Part shown: positions 10,302 to 23,269 of the stretch, piece by piece
Position numbering within the stretch: position 1 is the stretch's first letter
How the letters are laid out: every line of letters starts with the position of its first letter
Assembly (NCBI RefSeq): GCF_006345805.1
Contig: NC_043002.1
Coordinates: 21,266,001 to 21,330,000 of the forward strand
Direction: 5' to 3'
From: Octopus sinensis
Lineage: Eukaryota
DNA: 64,000 nucleotides
The notes under the pieces: generated by a model
The model's input: only the letters and a program-made list of their open reading frames with translations
The model's database searches: none
Told to the model about the DNA's origin: nothing
Translations under genes and position numbers: made by a program

Positions 10302-11775
10302 TAAATACCATAACACGACTATTCAATATGTCATTGGCGATGGGTGTTATACCTGCAGACTGGAGAACAGCGATAATCTGCCCAATTTTCAAGAAAGGGA
10401 GCCGCGAAGACCCGCTTAACTACCGACCGGTTTCCCTTACATCAATTATCAGCAAGATGTTCGAAACCATCCTTAAGAAAAGTATGATGCTCCACCTCCT
10501 AAACACTGCCTCTATCTCTGATTCCCAACACGGCTTCGTGCCAAAGAGATCATGCTTGACCAACCTACTAGTAATGGAAGAATTGGTGACGTGCATCCTC
10601 GATGATAGTGATGCTGTTGACATCGTTTTACTGGACTTTGCCAAAGCTTTTGACTCGGTAAACCACCGCCTATTGCTTGTCAAGCTTCAAGCATATAGTT
10701 TCCATCCGGATATTGTACGATGGGTTGGTGCCTTCCTCTCAGATCGCTCCTTCCAAGTCCAAGTTAATGGTTCGCGGTCCGACGTCTCCAGTGCGAGCAG
10801 TGGCGTGCCTCAAGGTTCAGTGCTTGGGCCCTTGTTGTTCTTAGTCTTCATAAATGACTTGCCCGACGACCTCACGCAACACACCCTTCTATTTGCCGAC
10901 GATATCAAACTGGTCGCTCCTCGCGGTAATATAGAGGATCTTCGTCGATGCCTCCACCAAATTTGGAAGTGGTCTAACAATTGGGACCTGTGTCTGAACG
11001 TGTCAAAGTGCTGTCATCTGCCTGTCAGCTCTACTCTGCAACTCAACTTGATTTCGAGCCAGGTCGTCTGCTGCTGGAGAGGACCGATCAGGTAAAGGAC
11101 CTAGGTATCTTGGTGGATTCCTCCTTTTCGCCTTCGGCCCAGTGCGTCCATGCTGCCAACAAAGCACGCGGAATTCTGTTCTTGATTCGACGGTCATTCG
11201 GAATGCTCACAGCAGCCATATTCCTACCACTCTATGTCACGCTGGTGAGACCCATATTGGAGTATGGGATTCAAGCCTCTTCTCCTTATCTCCTCAAAGA
11301 CATACAGCATCTCGAAAGAGTCCAGAAGCTGGCTACCTGCATGGTTCATGGTCTCAAAAATTTGTCCTACGAAGAAAGGCTGAGGACGCTCGACCTTTAT
11401 TCTCTTGAAAAACGCCGCCGCCGTGGTGATCTCATTCTCGCCCACAACATCATAAGCGGAAAGTGTAACCTCTCGAAAGAGCTGTTCTTCACTCCTGCTC
11501 CAGAGCGTCGGCTGCGGGGTCATTCCGAAAAGCTCTACCTGCGACGATTTCATCTCAATCGAAGGAGAGGAGCTTTCTCCGTCCGGGTTGCGGATCCGTG
11601 GAACAAGCTGCCAGACGAGATGGTGAAGATGCCGACGACCGCTTTGTTCAAAGCCTCCCTTGACCTCAAGTGGCCTGAACTCTTTACATGAACACCACCC
11701 TGTACTTAACTCCATGTCCCCCTACATGGCCTTGCTATTTGCTTTTGAGCCAAATTAACTAACTAACTAACTAAC
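10302..11775 (+). mobile_element. CR1-clade LINE, 5'-truncated, RT domain to 3' end
   Basis: NYRPVSLTS, QHGF, DFAKAFDSV, GVPQGSVLGPLLF, LFADDIK and C-terminal RRRGDLI...WNKLP. A single frameshift lies near 11033-11038. Tail (TAAC)n. Confidence 0.92.
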
Positions 11776-11930
11776 ACACACACATATATGTGCATGTGTG
11801 TTTAGATATCTCTATATACCTGTGTGTGTGGCTTGTTTGGAATAATATTCCTTTATATTATCATTATTGTATATATATATACACACATACATACATATAT
11901 ATATACATACACACACATATATATAATATA

Positions 11931-11971
<41 letters not shown>

Positions 11972-12057
11972 AGAATTCACGAAAAAACAAAAGACAAAGA
12001 CAGGTGGTGTACAAAACAAACAGATGTATTAGAATAACGCTCAGGAATAGAAAAAGT

Positions 12058-12093
12058 CTTTTACGTTTCGAGCCTACGCTCTTCTACAGAAAG
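12058..12093 (-). ncRNA. Minimal hammerhead-like motif (variant core)
   Basis: Minus strand: CUUU CUGUAGA A GAGC-GUAG-GCUC GAAAC GUA AAAG. Stems I and II are perfect; the core reads CUGUAGA rather than CUGANGA. Confidence 0.5.
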
Positions 12094-12568
12094 GGACACA
12101 GAAAAAACAAAGAGAGAAATAAGGAGAGGAAAAAATGTGTGTAGTGGCTAATGATCTATCATTGTGACACATGAGAGGGAAGAAGTAGGGGAGATAAGAC
12201 CAGAAAATGCAAGGATGTTTAGAAAGTATAAAAATAAAGTAATGATAATAATAACAGTTTTACGTAACGTTCACAGGTTTTGACGTTGTGGTGTATTGCA
12301 AGGATTTCTCATCAAGAGTAGAGTCCACAGTGATCCGTAGGTAGGAGGAGTACAGCCGGAGGGTAAATGTCCAAATGGGAATCCGTAGAGGGTAGATAGA
12401 GAGTCCGGTGGAGAAGTTCGTGTGTGGTAAGAAATGACAGGATCAACATGTGCGACCACATGAGCGTGTGATATATAGGGAGAATTCACAAAAAAAAACA
12501 GAAGACGAAGACAGGTGGTGTACAAAGTAAACAGATGTATTAGTATAACGCTCAGGAATAGAAAAAGT

Positions 12569-12604
12569 CTTTTACATTTCGAGCCTACGCTCTTCTACAG
12601 AAAG
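12569..12604 (-). ncRNA. Second copy of the minimal hammerhead-like motif
   Basis: As 12058-12093 but GAAAU GUA (a CpG-type change). Confidence 0.42.
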
Positions 12605-12778
12605 GGACACAGAAAAAACAAGGAGAGAAAAAATGTGTGTAGTGTCTAACGATCTATCATGGCGACTGCCTGACAGAAGTGTCACACACGAGCAGGAAGA
12701 AGTATATATATATATATATATCACAATCAAGGAACGGCCACCCTATATTGATTAGATATATATATATATATATATTAT

Positions 12779-14435
12779 AGTCTTCCAGGCAATAACATAG
12801 GATGCCCCTGGGAGCTCCTCTGTGCTGATGACCTTGCTCTAATTGCTGAGTCGCTATCAGAACTAGAGGAGAAGTTTCAAGTGTGGAAACAAAGATTAGA
12901 ATCGAAGGGCCTTAGAACCAACCTAGCTAAAACTAAAGTCCTAATAAGTAGGAAGGCAGATAAACCACAAATCCCTTCAGGTAGATGGCCCTGATCAATC
13001 TGTAGTAGAGGCATAAGTAGAAACTCTATAAGAAGTACCCAGTGTAAGCTATGAACACATAAGAGGTGCAGTAATATCAAAGGAAGGCTAACTGGAAAGA
13101 TAGTTTTTGTATGTGGCAGATGCTCGGGAGCAAAAAACACTGAAAATGTGCAGAGAACAACTTCCGCCACATTCCAGGGAGAAAAACTAGAAGTAGTGGA
13201 TAGCTTCCGTTATATAGGTGACCAAGTCAGTAGCAGGGGAGGGTGCACTGAAAGTGTAGCTGCTAGAATAAGAATAGCTTGAACACAGTTCAGAGAGCTC
13301 TTACCTCTGATGGTGACAAAGAGCCTCTTGCTCAGAGTAAAAGGTAGACTGTATAACGCTTGTGTATGAACAGCCATGCTACATGGCAGTGAAACATGGG
13401 CTGTGACTGCTGAGGACATGCGTAAGCTCGCAAGGAATGAAGCCAGTATGATCTGATGGATGTGTAATGTGAGTGTGCATACTCGACAGAGTGTAAGTAC
13501 CTTGAGAGAAATGTTGGACCTAAGAAGCATCAGATGTGGTGTGCAAGAGAGATGACTGCGCTGGTATGGTCATGTGGCAAGAATGGATGAGGATAGCTAT
13601 GTGAAAAAGTGCCACACCCTAGCGGTTGAGGGAACCTGTGGAAGAGGTTGACCCAGTAAGACCTGGGATGAGGTGGTGAAGCACAACCTTCGAACTTTAG
13701 GCCTCACCAAGGAAATGATTAGTGACCAAGACTTTTGGAAATATGCTGTGCTTGAGAAAACTTGGCAAGCCAAATGTGACCATAACCTCGTGGCCTATGC
13801 CAGGAGCGTAACCAGCGCACTTATGCGTACCTTTTCCTTCTTTGAATAATAAAAGTCTGCTTGCGAATACCTGTTGAGGCAAGTGAAATCAACATCAAAA
13901 TCAAATTCGATGACTGACATCCGTGCTAGTGGGGTGCAAAGAGCACCATACGAGTGTCATCGTTGACAGAGCGGCTAACCGGCTTCCGTACCAGTGGCAC
14001 TTAAAAGGCAACATTCGAGCGTGATCGTTACCAGCGTTGCCTTGCTGGCACTTGAGCCCTGTGCTGGTGGGATATTAAGAGCACCATCCGAGCATGATCG
14101 TTGCCAGAGTGTCTATCTGACCTCCGTGCCAGCGGCACGTAAAAGGCACCATTCGAGCTTGATCGTTACCAGCATCGCCTTACTGGCATTTGTGTCGATG
14201 GCATGTGTAAAATGATTTGAGTGAGGTCGTGGCCAGTACCGCCTGACTGGCCCCGTGCCGGTGGCACATAAAAAGCACCCACTACACTCTTGGAGTGGTT
14301 GGCGTTAAGAAGGGCATCCAGCTGTAGAAACTCTGCCAGATCAAGATTGGATCCTGGTGCAGCCATCTGGTTCGCCAGCCCTCAATCAAATCGTCCAACC
14401 CATGCTAGTGTGGAAAGCGGACGTTAAACAATGAT
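12779..14435 (+). mobile_element. RTE-clade LINE, 5'-truncated, with long repetitive 3' UTR (copy 1)
   Basis: LESKGLRTNLAKTKVL...KLEVVDSFRYIGD...AMLHGSETWAV...LRWYGHVARM with stops. 3' end GGAAAGCGGACGTTAAAC. Confidence 0.9.
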
Positions 14436-14590
14436 TATATATATAAGGCAAATAGGAAAACAGAGAGGATATAAAATCGACAAACATCAGGTAGTAAACA
14501 TTCCATTATATTTATTTATCAAATGATAACAAACATGTGCTTAAGTGGTGCAAGTAAATGAATGAAATCAGCCAATAAATATGTAAACAG

Positions 14591-14622
<32 letters not shown>

Positions 14623-14630
14623 TATATATA

Positions 14631-14696
<66 letters not shown>

Positions 14697-14730
14697 TATT
14701 ATATATATATATATATAATATATATATTAT

Positions 14731-16379
14731 AGTCTTCCAGGCAATAACATAGGATGCCCCTGGGAGCTCCTCTGTGCTGATGACCTTGCTCTAATTGCTG
14801 AGTCGCTATCAGAACTAGAGGAGAAGTTTCAAGTGTGGAAACAACGATTAGAATCGAAGGGCCTTAGAACCAACCTAGCTAAAACTAAAGTCCTAATAAG
14901 TAGGAAGGCAGATAAACCACAAATCCCTTCAGGTAGATGGCCCTGATCAATCTGTAGTAGAGGCATAAGTAGAAACTCTATAAGAAGTACCCAGTGTAAG
15001 CTATGAACACATAAGAGGTGCAGTAATATCAAAGGAAGGCTAACTGGAAAGATAGTTTTTGTATGTGGCAGATGCTCGGGAGCAAAAAACACTGAAAATG
15101 TGCAGAGAACAACTTCCGCCACATTCCAGGGAGAAAAACTAGAAGTAGTGGATAGCTTCCGTTATATAGGTGACCAAGTCAGTAGCAGGGGAGGGTGCAC
15201 TGAAAGTGTAGCTGCTAGAATAAGAATAGCTTGAACACAGTTCAGAGAGCTCTTACCTCTGATGGTGACAAAGAGCCTCTTGCTCAGAGTAAAAGGTAGA
15301 CTGTATAACGCTTGTGTATGAACAGCCATGCTACATGGCAGTGAAACATGGGCTGTGACTGCTGAGGACATGCGTAAGCTCGCAAGGAATGAAGCCAGTA
15401 TGATCTGATGGATGTGTAATGTGAGTGTGCATACTCGACAGAGTGTAAGTACCTTGAGAGAAATGTTGGACCTAAGAAGCATCAGATGTGGTGTGCAAGA
15501 GAGATGACTGCGCTGGTATGGTCATGTGGCAAGAATGGATGAGGATAGCTATGTGAAAAAGTGCCACACCTAGCGGTTGAGGGAACCTGTGGAAGAGGTT
15601 GACCCAGTAAGACCTGGGACGAGGTGGTGAAGCACAACCTTCGAACTTTAGGCCTCACCAAGGAAATGATTAGTGACCAAGACTTTTGGAAATATGCTGT
15701 GCTTGAGAAAACCTGGCAAGCCAAATGTGACCATAACCTCGTGGCCTATGCCAGGAGCGTAACCAGCGCACTTATGCGTACCTTTTCCTTCTTTGAATAA
15801 TAAAAGTCTGCTTGCGAATACCTGTTGAGGCAAGTGAAATCAACATCAAAATCAAATTCGATGACTGACATCCGTGCTAGTGGGGTGCAAAGAGCACCAT
15901 ACGAGTGTCATCGTTGACAGAGCGGCTAACCGGCTTCCATGCACATAAAAGGCACCATTCGAATGTGATCGTTACCAGCGTTGCCTTGCTGGCACTTGAG
16001 CCCTGTGCTGGTGGGATATTAAGAGCACCATCCGAGCATGATCGTTGCCAGAGTGTCTATCTGACCTCCGTGCCAGCGGCACGTAAAAGGCACCATTCGA
16101 GCTTGATCGTTACCAGCATCGCCTTACTGGCATTTGTGTCGATGGCATGTGTAAAATGATTTGAGTGAGGTCGTGGCCAGTACCGCCTGACTGGCCCCGT
16201 GCCGGTGGCACATAAAAAGCACCCACTACACTCTTGGAGTGGTTGGCGTTAAGAAGGGCATCCAGCTGTAGAAACTCTGCCAGATCAAGATTGGATCCTG
16301 GTGCAGCCATCTGGTTCGCCAGCCCTCAATCAAATCGTCCAACCCATGCTAGTGTGGAAAGCGGACGTTAAACAATGAT
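14731..16379 (+). mobile_element. RTE-clade LINE, 5'-truncated (copy 2, tandem duplicate)
   Basis: Same truncation point, inactivating stops and 3' flank as copy 1. Confidence 0.9.
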
Positions 16380-16532
16380 TATATATATAAGGCAAATAGG
16401 AAAACAGAGAGGATATAAAATCGACAAACATCAGGTAGTAAACATTCCATTATATTTATTTATCAAATGATAACAAACATGTGCTTAAGTGGTGCAAGTA
16501 AATGAATGAAATCAGCCAATAAATATGTAAAC

Positions 16533-16627
<95 letters not shown>

Positions 16628-16647
16628 TATATATATATCTATATATA

Positions 16648-16722
<75 letters not shown>

Positions 16723-17317
16723 GAAATGAGGTACTCAGAAAATCGGATGGTTTGTATTTACAGATATTTATTTGTATATTACATTTTTTATATATAACTT
16801 AGATCATATATTAGCTCTTTCCCCCATTCTTGTGGGGTTTTCAAATCAAACTGTATATATATTGATGAATGAATGATAATAGAAGAGAGTACAGATAAAT
16901 TTCCATTTTAACCCCACCAGTACCTAATATTCTTATCACATTCTTTCTAAATCTGTCCATGTGAAATCATTAACCTGTCATCTCTATACAGTCCAAAGCT
17001 ATGGGTTAGGTGTAAAGTGTACACTTTCTAGTTATATCTAAGATCAACAGACCTTTAAGATCGGTACCTTAGTTTTGTCAGAGCTCCTCAAAGATAATTA
17101 GAACGCATTTTAACAATTTAGGGGTCATCATGGCATATACTTATATTTTTAATATTATTTAAGCATTGTTTTATCTTGACGACGACACTGATGATGATGA
17201 TGATGATGCTGGCAACAACAATGGCAACAATGACAATGTTGAAGGTTGTTGGTATGATGATGATAGTGATGAAGTGATGATAGCAAACAATGATGATAGA
17301 GAAATTGAAACCCTTAC

Positions 17318-17387
17318 CTTTACGTAATTCATACAGTGAAACCTTAAATCCACGTTTAGCCATGAAACAAGCGTTCAAGGACCCAAC
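17318..17387 (-). CDS. KMO: Kynurenine 3-monooxygenase, coding exon 2 (70 nt)
   Basis: VGSLNACFMAKRGFKVSLYELRK plus G. Acceptor ATTTCCAG, donor GTAAGG. Similar to human [23 protein letters not shown]. Confidence 0.96.
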
Positions 17388-17682
17388 CTGGAAATAGAAA
17401 ATTACGTAGTTTTGATATATATATACCACAGTGTGGGATATTTATTTCTTTATCGCCCACAGGGGTGGTGGTGGCTAAACATAGAGGGGACAAACAAGGA
17501 CAGACAAAGGGATTAAGTCGATTACATCGACCCCAGTGTGTAACTGGTACTTATAGTGTGGGATATTGAAATATGAAATATAGTAGAGTACTGGGCTAAG
17601 TTTCTTATAGACTCTAGTATTGTCACAGACTCGCTCTAGGTCCAATGGATACTAAGTTCACCTGGAATTCTATAAATAATAT

Positions 17683-18283
17683 CGGTTTCAAATTTTGGCA
17701 CTAGGCCAGCAATTTCGTGTTAGGGGTAAGTCGATTACACCAATCTCAGTGTTCAACTGGTTCTTATTTTATAGACTATGAAAGGATGAAAGGCAAATTC
17801 GACCTCAGCGGAATTTGAACTCAGAACATAAAGGCGGACGAAATGCCGCAAAGCATTTTGTCTGGCATGCCCACGATTCTTATTTCTTTACTACATACAC
17901 AGGGGACAATCAACGACAGGCAAACAGATTGAGTCGATTATATTGACTCCAGTGCGTAACTGGTACTTATTTAATCGACCCCGAAAGAATGAAAGGCAAA
18001 GTCGACCTCGGCGGAATTTGAACTCAGAACATAGCGGCAGATGAAATACCTATTTCTTTACTACCCACAAGGGGCTAAACACAGAGAGGACAAACAAGGA
18101 CAGACAAACGGATTAAGTCTATTATATCGACTCCAGTGCGTAACTGGTACTTATTTAATCGACCCCGAAAGGATGAAAGGCAAAGTCGACCTTGACGGAA
18201 TTTGAACTCAGAACGTAACGGCAGATGAAATACCGCTAAGCTTTTCACTCGGCGTGCCAACTTTTCTGCCAGCTCGCTGCCAG
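17683..18283 (-). mobile_element. SINE trimer inserted as one unit
   Basis: One full unit and two 5'-truncated units (junctions 18050/18051 and 17880/17881). 15-bp TSD TTCTATAAATAATAT at 17668-17682 and 18284-18298. Confidence 0.88.
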
Positions 18284-18416
18284 TTCTATAAATAATATTG
18301 GCAGTGTTGCATCAATGGATGAAGTAAAATCTCACTCGTGAATAGAAATACAGTCCATTTCAGATAACAATGCTGTAGTTTATCACTGGGATATCTTGTA
18401 TGGTGTAGGGGTGTAA

Positions 18417-18479
<63 letters not shown>

Positions 18480-19781
18480 CCTTCAAAGTCTAAATGTAAT
18501 TTCACTCTTTCATTATCATATTTATAATGAAACACAATCTACATACTTCTGTGAATTTTTAAAATAATCAAGAATTTGGCAGGAGTTAGTAAAATAACTT
18601 ATCTTTTCAGTTGTTCTTTGAAACATAACTTGATAAAAGAGTATACATAAAAATATGATGGAAGGTTTTAATTTACTGTCAATATAAACGCTTGAAAATA
18701 TTACGTTTTATATCGAAGAACTAAAGGGAGTCTCAGATGGGTTGGTATCAAGAGTTAATGTTTCAGCTTTAGTTTGTCTCAGAGTAGCTTTAGCACGATA
18801 CTTGTTTTGAGATCAATTCTATCAACATAAATTTTCATTAGTGAAATGGAAATGGAAGGAACCAGTATGAAAGAGAAAAAAAAAATCTAATTGTGAACAC
18901 TTATAGAAGAACAAATATTTGAATACCAGAATATTCTTCAAGGCCATTACCAAAAAAAAAAAAAAAACATAACTGAATGAAATATACATCAACATCCCAA
19001 TATTCAAGCATATTGGGAGAGACGCTTTGTTATCTAACATTGAACTCATTAAGATGCATCATTAAGTCAGCTAATTTCCATAACCATTCACCATTTACAA
19101 GCAGCGACTGAACAAAATTTTTCTCAATCGTAAAAAATGTCAATCGCTATCTGAAGTTCAAAAACAAAACAAAACAATCGTGAGATGACTGAACCATTCG
19201 CCAACCATCTTACAGCAGTGCGGTGCAGCAAATCGCTATATCCACCTTTTATTTCCTAAGAAAACTGGAAACTAATGATGATTGATGGTATGCAACTAAA
19301 TAAAATTCACCCTTGATAAAATTGGCTCATTTTCACTTGACAGACATAATTGTTTACTGCTGTTGAATGATGAAGTGAATCACTTAGATTTTGTTCATCC
19401 TATACTATCATAAGCTTTGTAGACTTGTCTAATGAAATCTTCTCCTACACCTCAAATACTTTCCCTCTATCGCTTGTAATACACTTAAGCCGTTTCCAAA
19501 CCAGATTGTACTTTGTCGACATTTTTACCTCCTCTCTGAAAATGCATTTGAAAACGTTTTCACCTGCAGTCCATCCCTGCCCATGCACGCTCCTTAATGA
19601 AGAATGTCCTTCTGTCACGTCAAAGCCAACATTGATTCTCAAAAAAAAAAAATACTGAATGTTCTGACATTAAGATTGATTCATTAAGAGCCAATGAAAA
19701 CCAGTGGAAATCTTGTGCTTTGTTGTATATTTGGTGCATGATGTAATTTCAACTGCTTAGTTTTTGCATGAAAACTAATAA

Positions 19782-21398
19782 CACTATAACAAAAAAAGAA
19801 ACAGAAATGAGAATAACCTTTACTAGGTGTATTTTGTGTGTAGATAAGGAATATATAACATCCATTTCTTGGACCGAAACTGTCAACTCTAAAAGTTATG
19901 AACGGATTTTGATATAATTTTAATGTAGTGATAGGTAAAAATACACATCTTACCTATTATCACTACAAGCAAGCCAGACCAGGGTATTTGTCAACCTAAC
20001 CTATGAAAATTATGAAGTACACTCAATATTTTTATAGTTATATGGGTCCACATCTGTTGTAAATCTGACAAGAAACCACACCCCATCACCCGACCTGAAC
20101 TCAATGATCTAGTTCATGATCTAACACTTACTAAGCAACAAAGTGAAGTCCTGGCCTCAAGTCCGCAACAATGGAATCTGTTGGATGAAGATGCTTGAAT
20201 TAAAGTATTTAGGAAGCGTTCTGCAGATTTACAGTAATTCTTCATTTTGGAAAACAATTTGACTTGTAATGACCTATTCACTGCCCTTGGGCTAACCTAT
20301 AAACCAAATGAGTAGAAGTCGTTCATAGATGCATCCCTTTACAGCATAAATGCGGTTCTCTTGCACATTCGGAAGATCACCATACCTTCAGTTCCAATTG
20401 CTCAGTCAGGCATTTTAAGAGAAACGTATGAGAACCTTGCTTTTAGTCTAGACCGTATAAGTTACAAGGAGCACGTGTGGCTAATTTGTGCGGACTCGCT
20501 AGTAGTAGCCCTACATAATGGGCTACAAACTGGATACACCAAGTTTATGTGCTTCCTTTGTAAGTGGGACAGCAGGGCCAGATCAGAACATTATGTATGC
20601 TCAGAATGGCCACCTCAGGAAACTATGTCACCAGGATGCCATGATGTAAATCATGAGCCACAAGTTAAGAAGGAGAAAATCATTTTGCCACAACTGCATA
20701 TAAAAGTAGGCCTAATGAAGCAATTTACCAAAGTACTGCAACATAACAAGCCATATTCATAAGCCCTCAGATTTATCAACTTATAACTGATGAGGACTTC
20801 GAGGCAACAATGGATGAAACTGAGCTAGCAGCCTGGCATGCATTCAAAGTTGTATACAAAGAAGTTCTGGGAAAGTACTAAGTGGCCCACTGAGAGAGTA
20901 TAGTGGAGAGCCTAATCAAATGCTACCAAGATTTCCGATGCAGTATGTCACCGAAGATACACATTCTTCATTCTCATCTCTCCTCCTTCCCAGAGAATAC
21001 AGTAAATGTGAGTGATGAACATGGAGAGCGGTTCCATCAAGATATTGCGTCAATGGAAAACAGGTATAAGGGAAAAATGGAGCTCAGCTATGCTAGTTGA
21101 CTTCTGCTGGAACCTGAAGCGTGAGATGTCTTATAAACGAAGAAGTAAATACAAAAATATAGATTAATACATTATATAATGCTAACAAACATGCCGATCC
21201 ATTATATATTCAGGAATTAATTACAATGGACATATTTAATCTGACTTTGGGAGCAAAATAAATTTATGGTATCGTGGAAATTGGTTTAAATTCCATAGTT
21301 ATTAAGTCGGTAATTTAGGAGAAAATTTGACGCGATGGGAAATTTTAGCTATAAAATTCGAATTTAGCATAGTCAACTTCATAATTTGTTGTACAGTG
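19782..21398 (+). mobile_element. Chapaev3-like (CMC superfamily) DNA transposon, degenerate
   Basis: Transposase remnants FIDAS, ICAD, CFLC (C2C), LHIKVGLMK, HILHSH (H4H) and SDEHGERFHQDI. Termini CACTATAAC.../...GTTGTACAGTG with TAA on both sides. Family assignment is from remembered motifs. Confidence 0.72.
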
Positions 21399-22225
21399 TA
21401 ACTTTCAATGACTATATGATTTTTCTGGACATATCTCTTCAATTAGCAATGAAATCTAGGATTTGAACTCCATTTTCTAAGTTAACAAGCTGTTGTCACG
21501 AATGGACCATGCAATCATTACATGTATATCCAATTTATCAACTAATCGACTTGCAGATTATACCACAAAGTCAGGACAAATGTGAATGTCCTTAAGATTC
21601 TGACGTTTTCTTCTATTTATAATTTATCTGGTGCCAAGAATCTTGGCAGAGGTTGAGAGCAAGCAGGGAACACACATCTTACCTATCGCCACAAGCAAGC
21701 CAGACCAGGGTAGAGTTTTAGCAAGATTTGGCGGACTAACATCTTATCGCTCAGGCTGAGTAAAGACACATTATTTCACTCTTACCCAAAGCAAACCAGA
21801 GAAGTGAACAGATTCGGTAAAACTCACATCTCAGTATTCATTCAAGACCAATTTGTTCCTGTCTCTAGTGTAAGTCATTGATGACTGTACAATGTAGACA
21901 CCGAAAGTCAATACCTATATCTTAAGTCACCTTACAATGAAAGTTCGTGCGTGTGTGTATGTATGTGTGTGTGTATGTGTGTGTGTGTTTGTGTGTGTGT
22001 GCGTGCTTGTGTACAGCCTTTATTTTAAATAAATTATCAAATGTCTGTGAGTTTCCTGTTTGCAGCACGCAACCAAGCACAACCCATAATAAACTTACTC
22101 TACAGCCAACCAAAACTCCTGGTGACAATGGCGATAAACTAATTCACCTTCAGTAAATGGTTTTTCTTTCTTTGCTAACAAATAAGCTATTCTCAAACTG
22201 GTTTCAGCTGCAGTTTTATTATTTA

Positions 22226-22623
22226 CTAGCAGTATCGCCCGGCGTTGCTCGGGTTTGTAAGGGAAATAACTATATAAGCATTTTTAGAGAGTTATAGCCA
22301 AAAAATAGCAAAAAAAATGCATTAAAAATGGAAAAAAAATTATGGTAAATTTTTTTTAAATCGTTGACTCATCGTAGACATTTTTAGAGAGTTACTTCCC
22401 TTATATAATAGCGAAAAAAATGCATTAAAATGGAAAAAAATGATGGTAAATTTTTTTTAAATCGTAGACTCATCGTAGACACGCGCTAATACCCAGAAGG
22501 GCTCGATATGAATCACGACTATAAGATACCCGGTTTTGGTTAAACTGCACTGCAAAATGTGGGAGTAGTTAGGAATCTAAATCGTAGGAGACAGACACAC
22601 AACTTCACTTTTATATATAAAGA
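22226..22623 (-). mobile_element. Non-autonomous Helitron, 398 bp
   Basis: On the minus strand it starts with TC and ends with the hairpin CCCGAGCAACGCCGGG then CTAG. Inserted between A and T; no TSD. Confidence 0.82.
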
Positions 22624-23118
22624 TATATTCTGGTGGAAAATTACTGCGGTTAGAAGATACCTTGTTTCAAGACTTCATATTTCGCATTACATAACTTTCC
22701 TGACAGACGAGAATAATGAAGGGAATTCTTCGCTTGGTGAAGTTCGATTATATTGTATTCCTTCAGCACTGCAACAGTATCAATAGTTTCTTGCTGATTT
22801 CAGTTACAAAGTATTCCAGCCTTGAATATTCTTTAGCGACGCATTATTCAGATATTTAGAATATCTGAGTCTATACCTGTTATGAGTCCTTTATTAAGTT
22901 AATGTTCTGTTTTTATGGCTATATAAACTAAAAACTGAATTTAATTGCTCACACACACTTACACACACCACACACACATGCACACAAACACAAACACACA
23001 CACATACACTCACACACACACATGCAGATATATGTATACACACACAAACACACACATTTTGGGAAGCTAATCTTTTCACTTTCTTATACATGTCTCATAA
23101 ATACACACACACACACAG

Positions 23119-23149
<31 letters not shown>

Positions 23150-23233
23150 TGTATATTTGCATGTGCGTGTGTATGTGTGTGCATATATATATATATATTA
23201 ATACATGCATACACACCCACACACCCACACACT

Positions 23234-23269
<36 letters not shown>

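Larger units (their letters stand above)
11965..12700 (-). mobile_element. Penelope-like remnant with duplicated pseudo-LTR (period about 509 nt)
   Basis: Direct repeats of about 195 bp at 11965-12162 and 12474-12660, each with a hammerhead-like motif. The interval carries a weak CGRTC*SCHF remnant on the minus strand. Flanked by (TA)n. Confidence 0.6.
12773..16535. repeat. Tandem duplication, period about 1952 bp, bounded by (TA)n
   Basis: TCTTCCAGGC at 12781 and 14733. I counted four isolated differences plus one cluster of differences. Confidence 0.93.

Noticed and set aside
10166-11691. 309-aa and 236-aa ORFs as host genes
   Set aside because: They are two frames of one CR1 RT. The N-terminal MCVCV comes from (TG)n.
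10269-11792. ACATATATGT as the TSD of the CR1 copy
   Set aside because: Both matches lie in low-complexity AT/CA sequence and the 5' boundary is uncertain.
12877-16310. Repeated ORFs MAEVVLCT..., MLLRSN..., MAAPGSNL... (also at 38.3-39.8 kb)
   Set aside because: They are antisense readings of RTE copies; they recur because the element recurs.
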